Shown: positions 48,109 through 58,238, numbered from the stretch's first letter. The stretch is DNA of 64,000 nt from Gammaproteobacteria bacterium (GCA_965116495.1 OZ220696.1:3360001-3424000), one strand, 5' to 3'. The notes: generated by a model not told the origin, from the sequence alone. Numbers and translations: made by a program.

Positions 48109-50037
48109 ATGTTAAAGAGTATATTACTATGGGTAGTAGTCGCCATGGTTTTGATGATGGTATTTCAGAATTTCGGCGTACGTTCTACCAGTACCAACAT
48201 CCCCTATTCCCAATTCATCCTGGACGTGAAAACCGGCAAGGTAGTTTCCGTCACTTTCGATGGCAGCACCATCTCGGGCAACCTGGCCGATGGGACCCGT
48301 TTCGATACGTACAGCCCGGAAACCAGCAATGATGCCCTGATCGGGACCTTGCTGGAGAACAATGTGGAGGTGCTGGGCGCCGAGCCGAACAAGAATTCGT
48401 TCTGGGCCCATGCCTTTATCTCCTGGTTCCCCATCCTGTTGTTACTGGGTATCTGGATTTACTTTATGCGGCAGATGCAGGGCGGTGCCGGCGGCAGGGG
48501 CGCATTGTCGTTCGGTAAGAGCCGGGCCCGGTTGTTAAATGAAGATCAGGTCAAGATTACGTTTAACGACGTTGCCGGCGTCGAAGAGGCCAAGGAAGAA
48601 GTCGTTGAACTGGTCGAATTTCTGCGCGACCCCGGCAAGTTCCAGAAGCTGGGGGGCAAGATTCCCCGCGGTGTACTGATGGTGGGTTCGCCGGGCACCG
48701 GCAAGACCTTGCTGGCAAAAGCGATAGCCGGTGAGGCACAGGTTCCCTTCTTTACTATTTCCGGTTCCGATTTTGTGGAAATGTTCGTCGGTGTGGGCGC
48801 ATCGCGGGTGCGCGATATGTTTGAGCAGGCCAAAAAACACGCGCCGTGCATCATCTTTATTGACGAGATTGACGCGGTAGGGCGCCACCGCGGCGCAGGT
48901 CTCGGTGGCGGGCACGATGAACGCGAACAAACGCTCAACCAACTCCTGGTCGAGATGGACGGGTTTGAAGGCAATGAAGGCATCATCGTTATTGCCGCCA
49001 CCAACCGGCCCGACGTGCTGGACCCCGCCTTGCTTCGTCCCGGACGGTTCGACCGGCAGGTGGTCGTCCCATTGCCGGATATCCGCGGGCGCGAACAGAT
49101 TCTCAAGGTGCACATGCGCAAGGTCGCTATCGCCGATGATGTGAAACCTTCTATCATTGCCCGGGGCACGCCGGGGTTTTCCGGCGCCGACCTGGCCAAC
49201 CTGATTAATGAAGCAGCGCTGTTCGCGGCACGGGCCAACAAGAATGAGGTCGACATGGAAGAATTTGAACGCGCCAAGGACAAAGTCATGATGGGCGCGG
49301 AACGGCGTTCCATGGTCATGAGCGATGACGAAAAGAAGCTCACCGCGTACCACGAAGCCGGCCATGCCATAGTCGGACGGCTGGTCCCGGGCCATGACCC
49401 TGTCTACAAGGTCACCATCATTCCGCGCGGGCGGGCGCTGGGCGTGACCATGTTTCTGCCTGAGCAGGACAGGTTGAGCTATTCGCGGCAGTTTTTACAG
49501 AGTCAGATATGTTCCCTGTTCGGCGGCCGTCTCGCGGAGGCCCTGATCTTCGGAGAGGATGCCGTGACAACGGGGGCCAGCAATGATATTGAACGCGCGA
49601 CACTGCTTGCCAGAAATATGGTAACCAAGTGGGGTCTTTCGGACAAAATGGGACCTCTCGCTTACCAGGAGGATGAGGGCGAAGTCTTTTTGGGGCACTC
49701 CGTGACCAAACATTCAACGGTTTCCGCGGCGACGCAGAATGATATCGACGCAGAAGTGAGACGGCTTATTGACAAGAACTACCAGCACGCCAAGAAATTG
49801 CTTGAAGCAAACCTGGATAAACTGCACATGATGGCTGATGCGCTAATCAAATATGAAACCATTGATTCGAACCAGATCGACAGTGTCATGGATGGAAAAG
49901 TACCCGGGCCGCCGGCGGACTGGAATGATGGAGACAAGACCCGCGGTAAAAAAGCTGGTCCTGACGAAGCACAACAGGAGGATGAAGCACAGCCCGTTGA
50001 AGGCCCTGCTATTGATGGGCCGGCGCGCCCCGCCTGA
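48109..50037 (+). CDS. ftsH: ATP-dependent metalloprotease FtsH
   Basis: GSPGTGKT and HEAGH motifs; two N-terminal TM segments. Confidence 0.98.
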   Translation: MLKSILLWVVVAMVLMMVFQNFGVRSTSTNIPYSQFILDVKTGKVVSVTFDGSTISGNLADGTRFDTYSPETSNDALIGTLLENNVEVLGAEPNKNSFWAHAFISWFPILLLLGIWIYFMRQMQGGAGGRGALSFGKSRARLLNEDQVKITFNDVAGVEEAKEEVVELVEFLRDPGKFQKLGGKIPRGVLMVGSPGTGKTLLAKAIAGEAQVPFFTISGSDFVEMFVGVGASRVRDMFEQAKKHAPCIIFIDEIDAVGRHRGAGLGGGHDEREQTLNQLLVEMDGFEGNEGIIVIAATNRPDVLDPALLRPGRFDRQVVVPLPDIRGREQILKVHMRKVAIADDVKPSIIARGTPGFSGADLANLINEAALFAARANKNEVDMEEFERAKDKVMMGAERRSMVMSDDEKKLTAYHEAGHAIVGRLVPGHDPVYKVTIIPRGRALGVTMFLPEQDRLSYSRQFLQSQICSLFGGRLAEALIFGEDAVTTGASNDIERATLLARNMVTKWGLSDKMGPLAYQEDEGEVFLGHSVTKHSTVSAATQNDIDAEVRRLIDKNYQHAKKLLEANLDKLHMMADALIKYETIDSNQIDSVMDGKVPGPPADWNDGDKTRGKKAGPDEAQQEDEAQPVEGPAIDGPARPA

Positions 50038-50068
50038 AAATACCGGTTGAACACGGAAAACAAGGAGG

Positions 50069-51406
50069 ATGGAAGCTAGCTCACGAAAATATTTCAGTAC
50101 GGACGGCATTCGCGGGAGGGTCGGCAAGGAACCCGTCACCCCGGATTTCATGATGAAACTGGGTTGGGCCATCGGCAAGGTTTTGCATGGACAAAACGCA
50201 GGGCCTATCCTTATCGGAAAAGATACCCGTGTGTCCGGCTACATGTTTGAATCTGCGCTGGAGGCAGGATTGTCCGCCGCAGGCGTAGATATCCGGTTGC
50301 TCGGGCCGGTCCCCACTCCTGCTGTTGCCTACCTGACAAAAAATACCCGCGCCGAAGCCGGCATTGTCATCAGTGCTTCCCACAACCACTACTTCGATAA
50401 CGGCATCAAGATTTTTTCCAGGAATGGCAAAAAGTTATCGGATGCCGTCGAATTACAGATTGAAGAAGAGCTGGCCAACTCCATTGAGGTCGTAGAACCG
50501 GCCAAATTGGGCAAGGCGCGCCGTATTACGGATGCGCCCCGGAGATACATAGAGTTTTGCAAGAGCAGGGTCGATTGCGACCTCAGTGGAATTAGCATGG
50601 TAGTTGATTGCGCCAACGGCGCGGCCTACAAGATTGCGCCGAAGGTGTTTGAAGAATTGGGCGCTGCAGTCCATGCAATCGGCGTGGAACCGGACGGTTT
50701 CAATATCAACGAAGGTTGCGGCGCCACGAAGCCGGAGAACCTGCAACAGATCGTGTTGAAGAAAAACGCGGATCTCGGGGTCTCGCTGGACGGAGATGCC
50801 GATCGGTTGATCATGGTCGATCATAAGGGTGAACTGGTTGATGGTGATGAGATACTGTATATCATCGCGGCACGGCAAAGGGAGAGGCTCAATGGAGGCG
50901 TGGTCGGCACGCTGATGAGCAACCTGGGACTGGAGCAGGCACTGAGGGGAGTCGGACTGGAGTTTTACCGGGCCAGGGTGGGAGACCGTTACGTCATGGA
51001 ATTACTGGATGAAAAAAAACTGATACTGGGTGGAGAGCAGTCAGGACATATCGTAAACAGGAATTTCTCCGATACGGGTGACGGCATCATTTCCGCATTA
51101 CAGGTGTTGAGTACGATGACGGGTACCGGGAAAAGTCTGCGCGCATTAAAACGCGGCATGAAAAAATATCCGCAGGCATTGATGAATATAGCATTACAGA
51201 AACCCGTCAAGCTTCTGGATTATCCGGAGATCGACGATATTGTAAGGGAAGGTGAAAAACAATTGGATAACCCCGGCCGGATTTTGTTGCGGCCATCCGG
51301 CACCGAACCTTTACTGCGGGTAATGGTGGAAGGCAGTGATACCACCAAGGTCCGTTTGCTGGCGCAGAAGCTGGCCGAGGATATAGACACCATTATCAGT
51401 GGGTAG
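50069..51406 (+). CDS. glmM: phosphoglucosamine mutase
   Basis: SASHN, DGDADR, GEQSGH and RPSGTEP motifs. Confidence 0.96.
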   Translation: MEASSRKYFSTDGIRGRVGKEPVTPDFMMKLGWAIGKVLHGQNAGPILIGKDTRVSGYMFESALEAGLSAAGVDIRLLGPVPTPAVAYLTKNTRAEAGIVISASHNHYFDNGIKIFSRNGKKLSDAVELQIEEELANSIEVVEPAKLGKARRITDAPRRYIEFCKSRVDCDLSGISMVVDCANGAAYKIAPKVFEELGAAVHAIGVEPDGFNINEGCGATKPENLQQIVLKKNADLGVSLDGDADRLIMVDHKGELVDGDEILYIIAARQRERLNGGVVGTLMSNLGLEQALRGVGLEFYRARVGDRYVMELLDEKKLILGGEQSGHIVNRNFSDTGDGIISALQVLSTMTGTGKSLRALKRGMKKYPQALMNIALQKPVKLLDYPEIDDIVREGEKQLDNPGRILLRPSGTEPLLRVMVEGSDTTKVRLLAQKLAEDIDTIISG

Positions 51407-51427
51407 AATTTTTGCAGAACTGTCGCC

Positions 51428-51542
51428 CGGATTATGGGGTCACGGATTATGGGGTCAGGTCGCACATTGCACACACAGCGGTTTGTTACGGTTTCACAGG
51501 CATTTCTTTGAGTGTGCAATGTGCGACCTGACCCCATAATCC
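51428..51542. repeat. 31-bp perfect inverted repeat with a 15-bp tandem duplication of its left end
   Basis: GGATTATGGGGTCAGGTCGCACATTGCACAC (51444-51474) and its reverse complement (51512-51542); CGGATTATGGGGTCA at 51428 and 51443. Confidence 0.88.
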
Positions 51543-51562
51543 CAATCGCTATAATTACCGAC

Positions 51563-53164
51563 ATGACAGATGTAAATCAGCAGAAACGCATCCTGGTAGC
51601 GGATAAAATCTCTCCCGAAGGCCGTGCGTTCCTGGCCGAGCAGGAAAATCTCGTCGTTGATCATATCAATGACCTCAACGAATCCGGGTTGTGCGACAGG
51701 ATTGCTGACTATCATGCCGTCATTGTGCGCAGCGCCACGACGATCACAGCGCAGGTGATCGATGTGGCAACCAGGCTGGAAGTGATAGGCAGGGCCGGTA
51801 TCGGGGTGGATAATATTGATGTAGACCATGCAACGAGCAAGGGTATCGTTGTACTCAACACCCCGGACGCCAACGTGACCACCACGGCGGAATTAACCAT
51901 AGCCCACCTGTTTTCCCTGAGTCGGAACCTGCCGCAGGCCAACAGGTCGGTGAAGTCAGGGGAGTGGAAGCGCACCCGCTTCATGGGGGTGGAACTGACC
52001 AATAAGGTACTGGGTATAATCGGATACGGTCACATCGGCAGAATTGTTGCAGCCAAGGCGCTGGCCCTGGATATGCAGGTGATAGCCTATGACCCGTTCG
52101 TTACCGAGGAAATGTTTTTGGCCGACGGCGTCAGCGGCGTTGGGATTGATGAGCTGGTAGCTGAAGCTGATTACATCAGTCTGCATTGCCCGCTGAATGA
52201 CAAGACCCGCAACATCATGAATGCCAGCCGCATCGGGGCCATGAAACCCGGCGCAAGGCTGCTGAATTGTGCCAGGGGCGGGTTGGTGGACGAAACGGCA
52301 TTGTATGAGGCGCTGAAGAGCGGACACCTGGCCGGCGCTGCGCTGGATGTTTTTTCCAGGGAACCGCCGGATGGTTCTCCCCTCCTGACCCTGGATAACA
52401 TCCTGCTTACACCGCATTTGGGGGCATCGACCCGGGAAGCGCAAGCGGCGACCGGTATGGAGATTGCCCAGCAAATCTGCATTTATCTAAGAACCGGCGA
52501 ACCCATTAATGCGATTAATCTCCCGGCGGTGTCGGCGGATGAACTGGTAAAACTGCAGCCATACCTGGTGCTGACCCGGCGCCTGGGAAAATTGCTCGGC
52601 CACATGATCCCGGGCTCCACCAGCCAGTTGGAGGTATCACTCTTCGGTGAGGCGGCGGAGAGGGATTTGCGCAGTATTGCCACGGAAGGACTGGTAGGGC
52701 TGTTGAGCTCCCACATGTCGGCTGAAGTAAACCGGGTGAATGCAAAACATATCGCCGCACAACAGGGGTTGAGCCTGATCGAGTCCCGGGGAGGCGAACA
52801 TCCGGATTATCATTCGGCGGTCAGCCTCTCGGCCTATCACGGGGAACTGAAGACGCGGGTAATAGGGACACTGTTCCACAAGAAACACCCGCGCTTGATA
52901 CGCATTAACGACTACGAGATCGAGGCTGTACTGGAAGGCCATTTGCTGGTTACCCGGCATAATGATCAACCGGGTGTGGTTGCCGCCATCAGCAACCTGC
53001 TGGCCGCGGAGCGGATCAATATTTCACGCATGCAACTGGGTATCGTTTCCGGCAGCAACAAGGCGGTTGCCGTGATTGGGGTGTCAACCGCCCTGAAGGA
53101 CGAATTGATGGATGGGCTTGCCGAAATTGAAGCCATCAACAAGGTGATGCAGGTCACACTCTAG
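51563..53164 (+). CDS. serA: D-3-phosphoglycerate dehydrogenase, long form with ASB and ACT domains
   Basis: RAGIGVDNID, GYGHIG, NCARGG and TPHLGAST motifs; C-terminal HNDQPGVV ACT domain. Confidence 0.93.
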   Translation: MTDVNQQKRILVADKISPEGRAFLAEQENLVVDHINDLNESGLCDRIADYHAVIVRSATTITAQVIDVATRLEVIGRAGIGVDNIDVDHATSKGIVVLNTPDANVTTTAELTIAHLFSLSRNLPQANRSVKSGEWKRTRFMGVELTNKVLGIIGYGHIGRIVAAKALALDMQVIAYDPFVTEEMFLADGVSGVGIDELVAEADYISLHCPLNDKTRNIMNASRIGAMKPGARLLNCARGGLVDETALYEALKSGHLAGAALDVFSREPPDGSPLLTLDNILLTPHLGASTREAQAATGMEIAQQICIYLRTGEPINAINLPAVSADELVKLQPYLVLTRRLGKLLGHMIPGSTSQLEVSLFGEAAERDLRSIATEGLVGLLSSHMSAEVNRVNAKHIAAQQGLSLIESRGGEHPDYHSAVSLSAYHGELKTRVIGTLFHKKHPRLIRINDYEIEAVLEGHLLVTRHNDQPGVVAAISNLLAAERINISRMQLGIVSGSNKAVAVIGVSTALKDELMDGLAEIEAINKVMQVTL

Positions 53165-53171
53165 ACCAATA

Positions 53172-54407
53172 ATGCGTATCAAAGCGTTCAGAGGGTATCG
53201 GCCCGTCAAGAACAAGGTTGATAAGGTCGCATCAAGACCTTATGACGTGCTGTCGAGCGCCGAGGCCAGGCAGGAGGCAGCCGGAAACCCGTTCTCTTTC
53301 CTGAATATCGTCAAACCGGAAATCACTTTCCCCGCAGGTACGGATCCCTACGGCCCCGATATCTACCGCGCTGCGGCGGTAAATTTCCAGGTTTTACTCG
53401 ACAATGGGACATTTGTACGGGACAAGCAGGATTGCCTGTATCTCTACGAACTGCGCGCAGGTGAGTGGCCGAGAACGGGAATTGTCGCTGCCGCTGCCGT
53501 GGAGGATTACCTGGAAGGCCACATCAGGAAACATGAACTGACCCGGTTCGATAAGGAGGCGGATCGCGCCAGTCATATTCGAACGACCATGTTGAATACG
53601 GAGCCGGTCATGTTTGCCTACCGCTATGACCGGGAAATCGATGAACTGGTCAAAACGGTTAAAACCGCCCGGCCGGAATACGATTTCATCGATGTGGATG
53701 ATGTCAGGCACCGGTTCTGGGTAATTGATGAAACTGAGACCATAGCGGCAATTATCGATGCGTTTGCCTGCGTCCCCGCGACTTATGTGGCAGACGGGCA
53801 TCACCGTACCGCAGCAGCAGCCGTAGTCAGCCAGGAATTGAACAGGCTTGATGGCGCCGACGCCGGCCATAATTATTTCCTCGCGGTACATTTCCCCGAT
53901 AACCAGTTGGAAATTCTCGATTACAACCGTCTGGTTGCTGACCTTAATGGCCTTGATTCGGATGCATTCCTGAACCGGCTGGCGGCTTCTTTCATCATTG
54001 AAAAGGCAGGAAGCCGGCCGGTCAGGCCGAAGCAGCCCGCTGAGACGGGCATGTACCTGGCAGGTGACTGGTATCGCCTGGTCGTGCGGCCTGAAAAGTA
54101 TGATGCCGTTGATGTCATGGCCACCCTGGGAGTCACTATCCTGTCGGAGTTGATCCTGCAACCCGTGCTGGACATCCATGACCAGAGGACCGACCCGCGC
54201 ATTACTTTCGTGGGCGGCGCGCGCGGGCCGGCAGAACTTCAGGGCAGGGTGGACAGCGGCGAGATGACTGCTGCCTTTACCCTCTGCCCGGTATCCGTAC
54301 AAGAGCTGATGACTGTCGCGGATGCAGGCGGGATCATGCCGCCCAAGGCCACCTGGTTCGAACCTAAATTACGCAGCGGGCTGGTGGTGTACAGCCTGAA
54401 AGACTAA
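53172..54407 (+). CDS. DUF1015 family protein
   Basis: PYDV, KHELT, YVADGHHR and MPPKATWFEPKLRSGL motifs. Confidence 0.9.
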   Translation: MRIKAFRGYRPVKNKVDKVASRPYDVLSSAEARQEAAGNPFSFLNIVKPEITFPAGTDPYGPDIYRAAAVNFQVLLDNGTFVRDKQDCLYLYELRAGEWPRTGIVAAAAVEDYLEGHIRKHELTRFDKEADRASHIRTTMLNTEPVMFAYRYDREIDELVKTVKTARPEYDFIDVDDVRHRFWVIDETETIAAIIDAFACVPATYVADGHHRTAAAAVVSQELNRLDGADAGHNYFLAVHFPDNQLEILDYNRLVADLNGLDSDAFLNRLAASFIIEKAGSRPVRPKQPAETGMYLAGDWYRLVVRPEKYDAVDVMATLGVTILSELILQPVLDIHDQRTDPRITFVGGARGPAELQGRVDSGEMTAAFTLCPVSVQELMTVADAGGIMPPKATWFEPKLRSGLVVYSLKD

Positions 54408-54411
54408 TGTA

Positions 54412-54437
54412 GCCATTCCGGCGAATGCCGGAATCCA
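54412..54437. repeat. REP-like palindrome
   Basis: GCCATTCCGGCGAATGCCGGAATCCA. Confidence 0.78.
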
Positions 54438-54514
54438 GTAAACTACTTCCCTTGTCAGGATAAGGATAAACGGGATACTGAACTCGTTGGTCATTCCAGG
54501 TTAGAATGTCCCCT

Positions 54515-54601
54515 GGAGAGGTGCCAGAGCGGTTGAATGGGGCAGACTCGAAATCTGTTGTACGCCTCGGCGTACCGTGGGTTCGAATCCCACCCTCTCC
54601 G
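54515..54601 (+). tRNA. tRNA-Ser(CGA)
   Basis: Acceptor GGAGAGG/CCTCTCC-G; anticodon arm GCAGA-CT-CGA-AA-TCTGT; long variable arm; GTTCGAATC T loop. Confidence 0.95.
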
Positions 54602-54679
54602 TCATAGGCGTTCAATATTTCCGGGCAAAAACGTGAACATCCGCCAAATTGGGTCGGTATTATAGAGGGAGGTCACTCA

Positions 54680-54995
54680 ATGCCCACCAGGAATAGCCAG
54701 GCAAATACCAAGCCGGTCTGGTTAAACATGAGCCAGGCTGAATTGGATAAAGCCTATAAGCCCGCAACGCCAGTTACATCACCTCCATGCCCCGCTGCTG
54801 ATCAGTCACGGCGCCGATGAATCGCCGGAATTCATTCGACAGTCCCATGATTTTGCCAAAGCAATTGATGGTCTGGGAAAACCGCTGCACTATACGATAG
54901 GCATTGACCTGAACCACTTTGAAATACTTGAGACGCTGGCCGAAAAAACGGGCATGCCGGGTAGTGCTCTTTTGTCATTTATGCAGTTACGATAG
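54680..54995 (+). pseudogene. alpha/beta hydrolase (arylformamidase-like) with a large internal deletion
   Basis: N-terminus VWLNMSQAELDKAY joined out of frame to C-terminus HGADESPEFIRQS...NHFEILETLA. Confidence 0.7.
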
Positions 54996-55044
54996 ATAGT
55001 TATGGTCGGGACGTCGCCATCGCCTGTAGCTGCATCATTGTTAG

Positions 55045-56364
55045 TCACGTCGGTGGTGTCATGTCGTAGGTTTCTTTTTTAATCACTGCCAGGTATAAAG
55101 CCAGCAGCAACGCCGCGGGAAAGACCAGCGCCGACGCGCTGAGCGGGACGTTGAAGTTTTCCACGAGCCTTGCCGGTATGGGCATCAACAGCGCACCGAT
55201 GACAAACGACACGCAGGTCAGCAGGCCGAATGCGGTGCCGGCCATGGCTTTCTCGCAGAACCGCGTCGTCATCGTATAGCCCATCGGGCTGACACCGGCA
55301 AAGAAACCGATGGATAGAAACAGGATATACGCCATGCCGGCAGAGAGTTCGCTCATCAGGGTAAACAGCAGCAAAGCGACGACATCGCATAGCAAAAAGA
55401 TAACGCAGGTAATTTTGAAACTGCGAATATAATCCGAAATTATGTGGACCAGTAGTGCGCCGGTTCCAAAACCCATCCAGATGGTGGCATTGATGTTGCT
55501 TGCACTTGTCGGGTCAAAACCCTTGAAGATGAGCAGTTTGATCCCCCAGATGATCCCGACCCCCAGCATCATACCGAAGGTCAGCCCGCTTATCAGCGTG
55601 ACCTGCCAGAACAGGGGCTGGACGGACAGAACCTTCAGGTCCCTGAACAGGCCGCCCCAGAAAGACGGATGCGTACCCTGTTTTACGGTTTCACCCCGAC
55701 CATTGTCGGGTTCACGGACCAGCATGACGAAAGCAATCAGCAGCAGCAGTCCAATGAACGCCTCCAGCAGCATGATGTCCTGCCAGGTCAGCACCAGTAT
55801 CAGGTAGCCCACCGCGGCCTGGCCCAGGGTGTTCGCGGCGGCAGCCACGGTCTGTGCGATGCCGAAAACCAGGCCGAAATGTTTGATGTCGAACCAGTAT
55901 CTCGTCAGGTAGGCGAGGCCCGGGTAGCCGAAGGCGCCGCCGATACCCATTAATGCCTGGCCGATAACGATGACTGTTGCATTGTCGGTAAGACCGAAGA
56001 TCAGAGCCCCTGCCGCAACCATGGCGACACCGGCGCTTAGAATCATACGGGCACCGTAGCGGTCGAGCAGTCCGCCGGCCGGGATCGTCATGGCCGCGTA
56101 GGTGATCGCGTACACCGCCCCCAGTTCCCCGACTTGTGATAAGGTTAAAGACAGCGATTCGGCGATACTGGCATTGAGTACCGCGTAGCTGCTCTGGGTC
56201 TGAAACTTGTAGACTACATAAGTGACGGCCAGGCCCCAGATAACCCAAGCCAGCGGGTGCCTGAGGCCTTGTTGTCCGGTGCTTTGTCGGGTGGATACGT
56301 TCACATTTAATCCAAAGGTTCGATTTGGGCCGGCGTCATTTGCAGTACCGGAGTTTATGCCCAA
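55045..56364 (-). CDS. MFS transporter
   Basis: Motif A GLLDRYGAR; about 12 TM segments; start uncertain. Confidence 0.9.
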   Translation of the reverse strand: MGINSGTANDAGPNRTFGLNVNVSTRQSTGQQGLRHPLAWVIWGLAVTYVVYKFQTQSSYAVLNASIAESLSLTLSQVGELGAVYAITYAAMTIPAGGLLDRYGARMILSAGVAMVAAGALIFGLTDNATVIVIGQALMGIGGAFGYPGLAYLTRYWFDIKHFGLVFGIAQTVAAAANTLGQAAVGYLILVLTWQDIMLLEAFIGLLLLIAFVMLVREPDNGRGETVKQGTHPSFWGGLFRDLKVLSVQPLFWQVTLISGLTFGMMLGVGIIWGIKLLIFKGFDPTSASNINATIWMGFGTGALLVHIISDYIRSFKITCVIFLLCDVVALLLFTLMSELSAGMAYILFLSIGFFAGVSPMGYTMTTRFCEKAMAGTAFGLLTCVSFVIGALLMPIPARLVENFNVPLSASALVFPAALLLALYLAVIKKETYDMTPPT

Positions 56365-56534
56365 AATTCAAGTTAACGTAATTTACAACCGGATGTCTAT
56401 CTATTAATCAGGCAGTCTTCAATTCAAACATGTTTTTGAGTGCCGGCAACATTTTTATTGTATTGTTATTCACTTAATCTTGAGTTGGAGGAATTGTACA
56501 TTTATTTATCTCAATCTAATCCAGAAAGCAAATC

Positions 56535-58199
56535 ATGCTGAAAGATAAAGTTGTCTTTATCACCGGCGGCGTAAGGGGCATCGGCTACGGCATTGCCCTT
56601 GCCGTACTTGAAGCCGGCGCGCGGGTAGCCGGAATGCTTCAGGTACCTGTTTTCGTCGTATTGATTTCACTTTCTCAGGAGATCTTTGGAGCCGAAACTC
56701 CAACGGTTCCAAATGACCTAAACAGCACGAAGACGGTAACTCTGCTGTTCACGAACGACCTGGAAAGCACTTATGATCCGGTCCTGGCGTACTGGCGTGA
56801 CGACATGGAGCATATCGGCGGCATTGCTCAGTTGGCGACATTGATCGATAACTTTCGCGCCGCGGAAGAAAATGTCTTCCTGTTCGATGCCGGCGACATA
56901 TTCACCGGGGTCCTCGCCAAGCTCACACGCGGTGAAGTATCGTTCGAACTCATGAATACCATGGCTTATGACGCGATGGCGATAGGAAACCACGAGTTCG
57001 AATACGGCTGGCAGGTGCTGGCCAGGCAAAAACACCGGGTGGCGTTCCCCGTACTGGGAGCGAATTTGTTCTACAAGGATACTGACATACATTTCGCACA
57101 ACCGTATTCCATCATCGAGCGTGACGGGGTTCGTGTCGGCATTATCGGTATCATGGGTCAGGATGCCGCCACGGCCCTCAATCCCCCGAATATCGCCGGG
57201 CTGGAAGTGCGAGATCCGAAGTCAATCGTTCCCGACTACGTAAAACTGTTGCGGCCGGACGTGGACCTTGTCGTGCTGTTGACCCACCAGGGTAAGACGG
57301 CGCCCATGCAAACGGACGATGAGGCGCATCCTGAAATCAAGCGGGATATCGAGGCGGATATCGAGCTGGCCGGTGTCACAGACGGTATCGATGTGCTGCT
57401 GGCGGGTCACGCGGACGCCGGTACGGAGCAACCTGTCATCCACCCTGAGACCGGAACGCTGATCATGCAGACCTACGGCCAGGGCTTCCACCTGGGATTC
57501 CTTCAACTCCGGGTCGATCCGGTAAAACAGGAAGTGCTCTCATACGAGGGGCGCCTGGTGCCGGTCGACAGTGACAGGCTTGAACCTCACGCGCGCGTCG
57601 CCGGAAAGCTGGCCGCTTATCGTAGCCGGCACAGTGAGATCTACGAGGTCGCCGGCCATGCCTCGGATAGATTGAGCCGCCGCTATAATGAAGAATCGGA
57701 TTTGGGCAACCTGTTTGCCGATATCCGGCGCGCAGAGACGGGAGCCCAGGTCGGTGTTGCACTTTCCGGCGCAATTCGTCGCGATATACCCGCCGGCCCG
57801 GTCACGGTCGCAATGCTGCTGGACGCTTATCCATTCATCGACGATATCGTCACGGTGCGATTATCCGGCGCCAGGATTATTAATGCGCTTGAGCACAGCC
57901 TGTCTCTTGAGCGGGGGATTATGCAGGTCTCCGGTATGGCAGTGCGCTATGACCCCGGACAACCCGTCGGATCACGGGTCCTGGAGGTGCAGGTCGGGGG
58001 GGAGGCACTGCAAGAAGACGCCTTGTACACAGTCGCAACGGGCAGTTTTTTGCTTAATGGGGGGGACAATTACACTGATTTCCCGGACAGTGAAGTTGTC
58101 GCCGTCGGGCGCGATTTCGGTCAGGCCCTGGTAGCTCATTTCAAATCTCGGGATGTAGTCGGTATTCCTATGAGAGGTCGCCTGTTGTCCAGGCAGTAG
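56535..58199 (+). CDS. 5'-nucleotidase-family metallophosphatase with an SDR N-terminal fragment fused in frame
   Basis: DAGD and GNHEF motifs; C-terminal ESDLGNLFAD and GGDNY; first approx. 32 aa include KVVFITGGVRGIG. Confidence 0.85.
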   Translation: MLKDKVVFITGGVRGIGYGIALAVLEAGARVAGMLQVPVFVVLISLSQEIFGAETPTVPNDLNSTKTVTLLFTNDLESTYDPVLAYWRDDMEHIGGIAQLATLIDNFRAAEENVFLFDAGDIFTGVLAKLTRGEVSFELMNTMAYDAMAIGNHEFEYGWQVLARQKHRVAFPVLGANLFYKDTDIHFAQPYSIIERDGVRVGIIGIMGQDAATALNPPNIAGLEVRDPKSIVPDYVKLLRPDVDLVVLLTHQGKTAPMQTDDEAHPEIKRDIEADIELAGVTDGIDVLLAGHADAGTEQPVIHPETGTLIMQTYGQGFHLGFLQLRVDPVKQEVLSYEGRLVPVDSDRLEPHARVAGKLAAYRSRHSEIYEVAGHASDRLSRRYNEESDLGNLFADIRRAETGAQVGVALSGAIRRDIPAGPVTVAMLLDAYPFIDDIVTVRLSGARIINALEHSLSLERGIMQVSGMAVRYDPGQPVGSRVLEVQVGGEALQEDALYTVATGSFLLNGGDNYTDFPDSEVVAVGRDFGQALVAHFKSRDVVGIPMRGRLLSRQ

Positions 58200-58238
58200 C
58201 AGCATGCGCGAATTACGAGCCACCTATGGAACTTCCGC

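Noticed and set aside
48535-49395. Long antisense ORFs in ftsH (similar ones in dnaK, carB, cbiP, cobT and DUF1015)
   Set aside because: Expected shadows of GC-rich, codon-biased genes; no independent RBS or domain evidence
50090-50116. GlmM N-terminal motif FSTDG instead of FGTDG as a sign of inactivation
   Set aside because: A single substitution; the catalytic SASHN and metal-binding DGDADR motifs are intact
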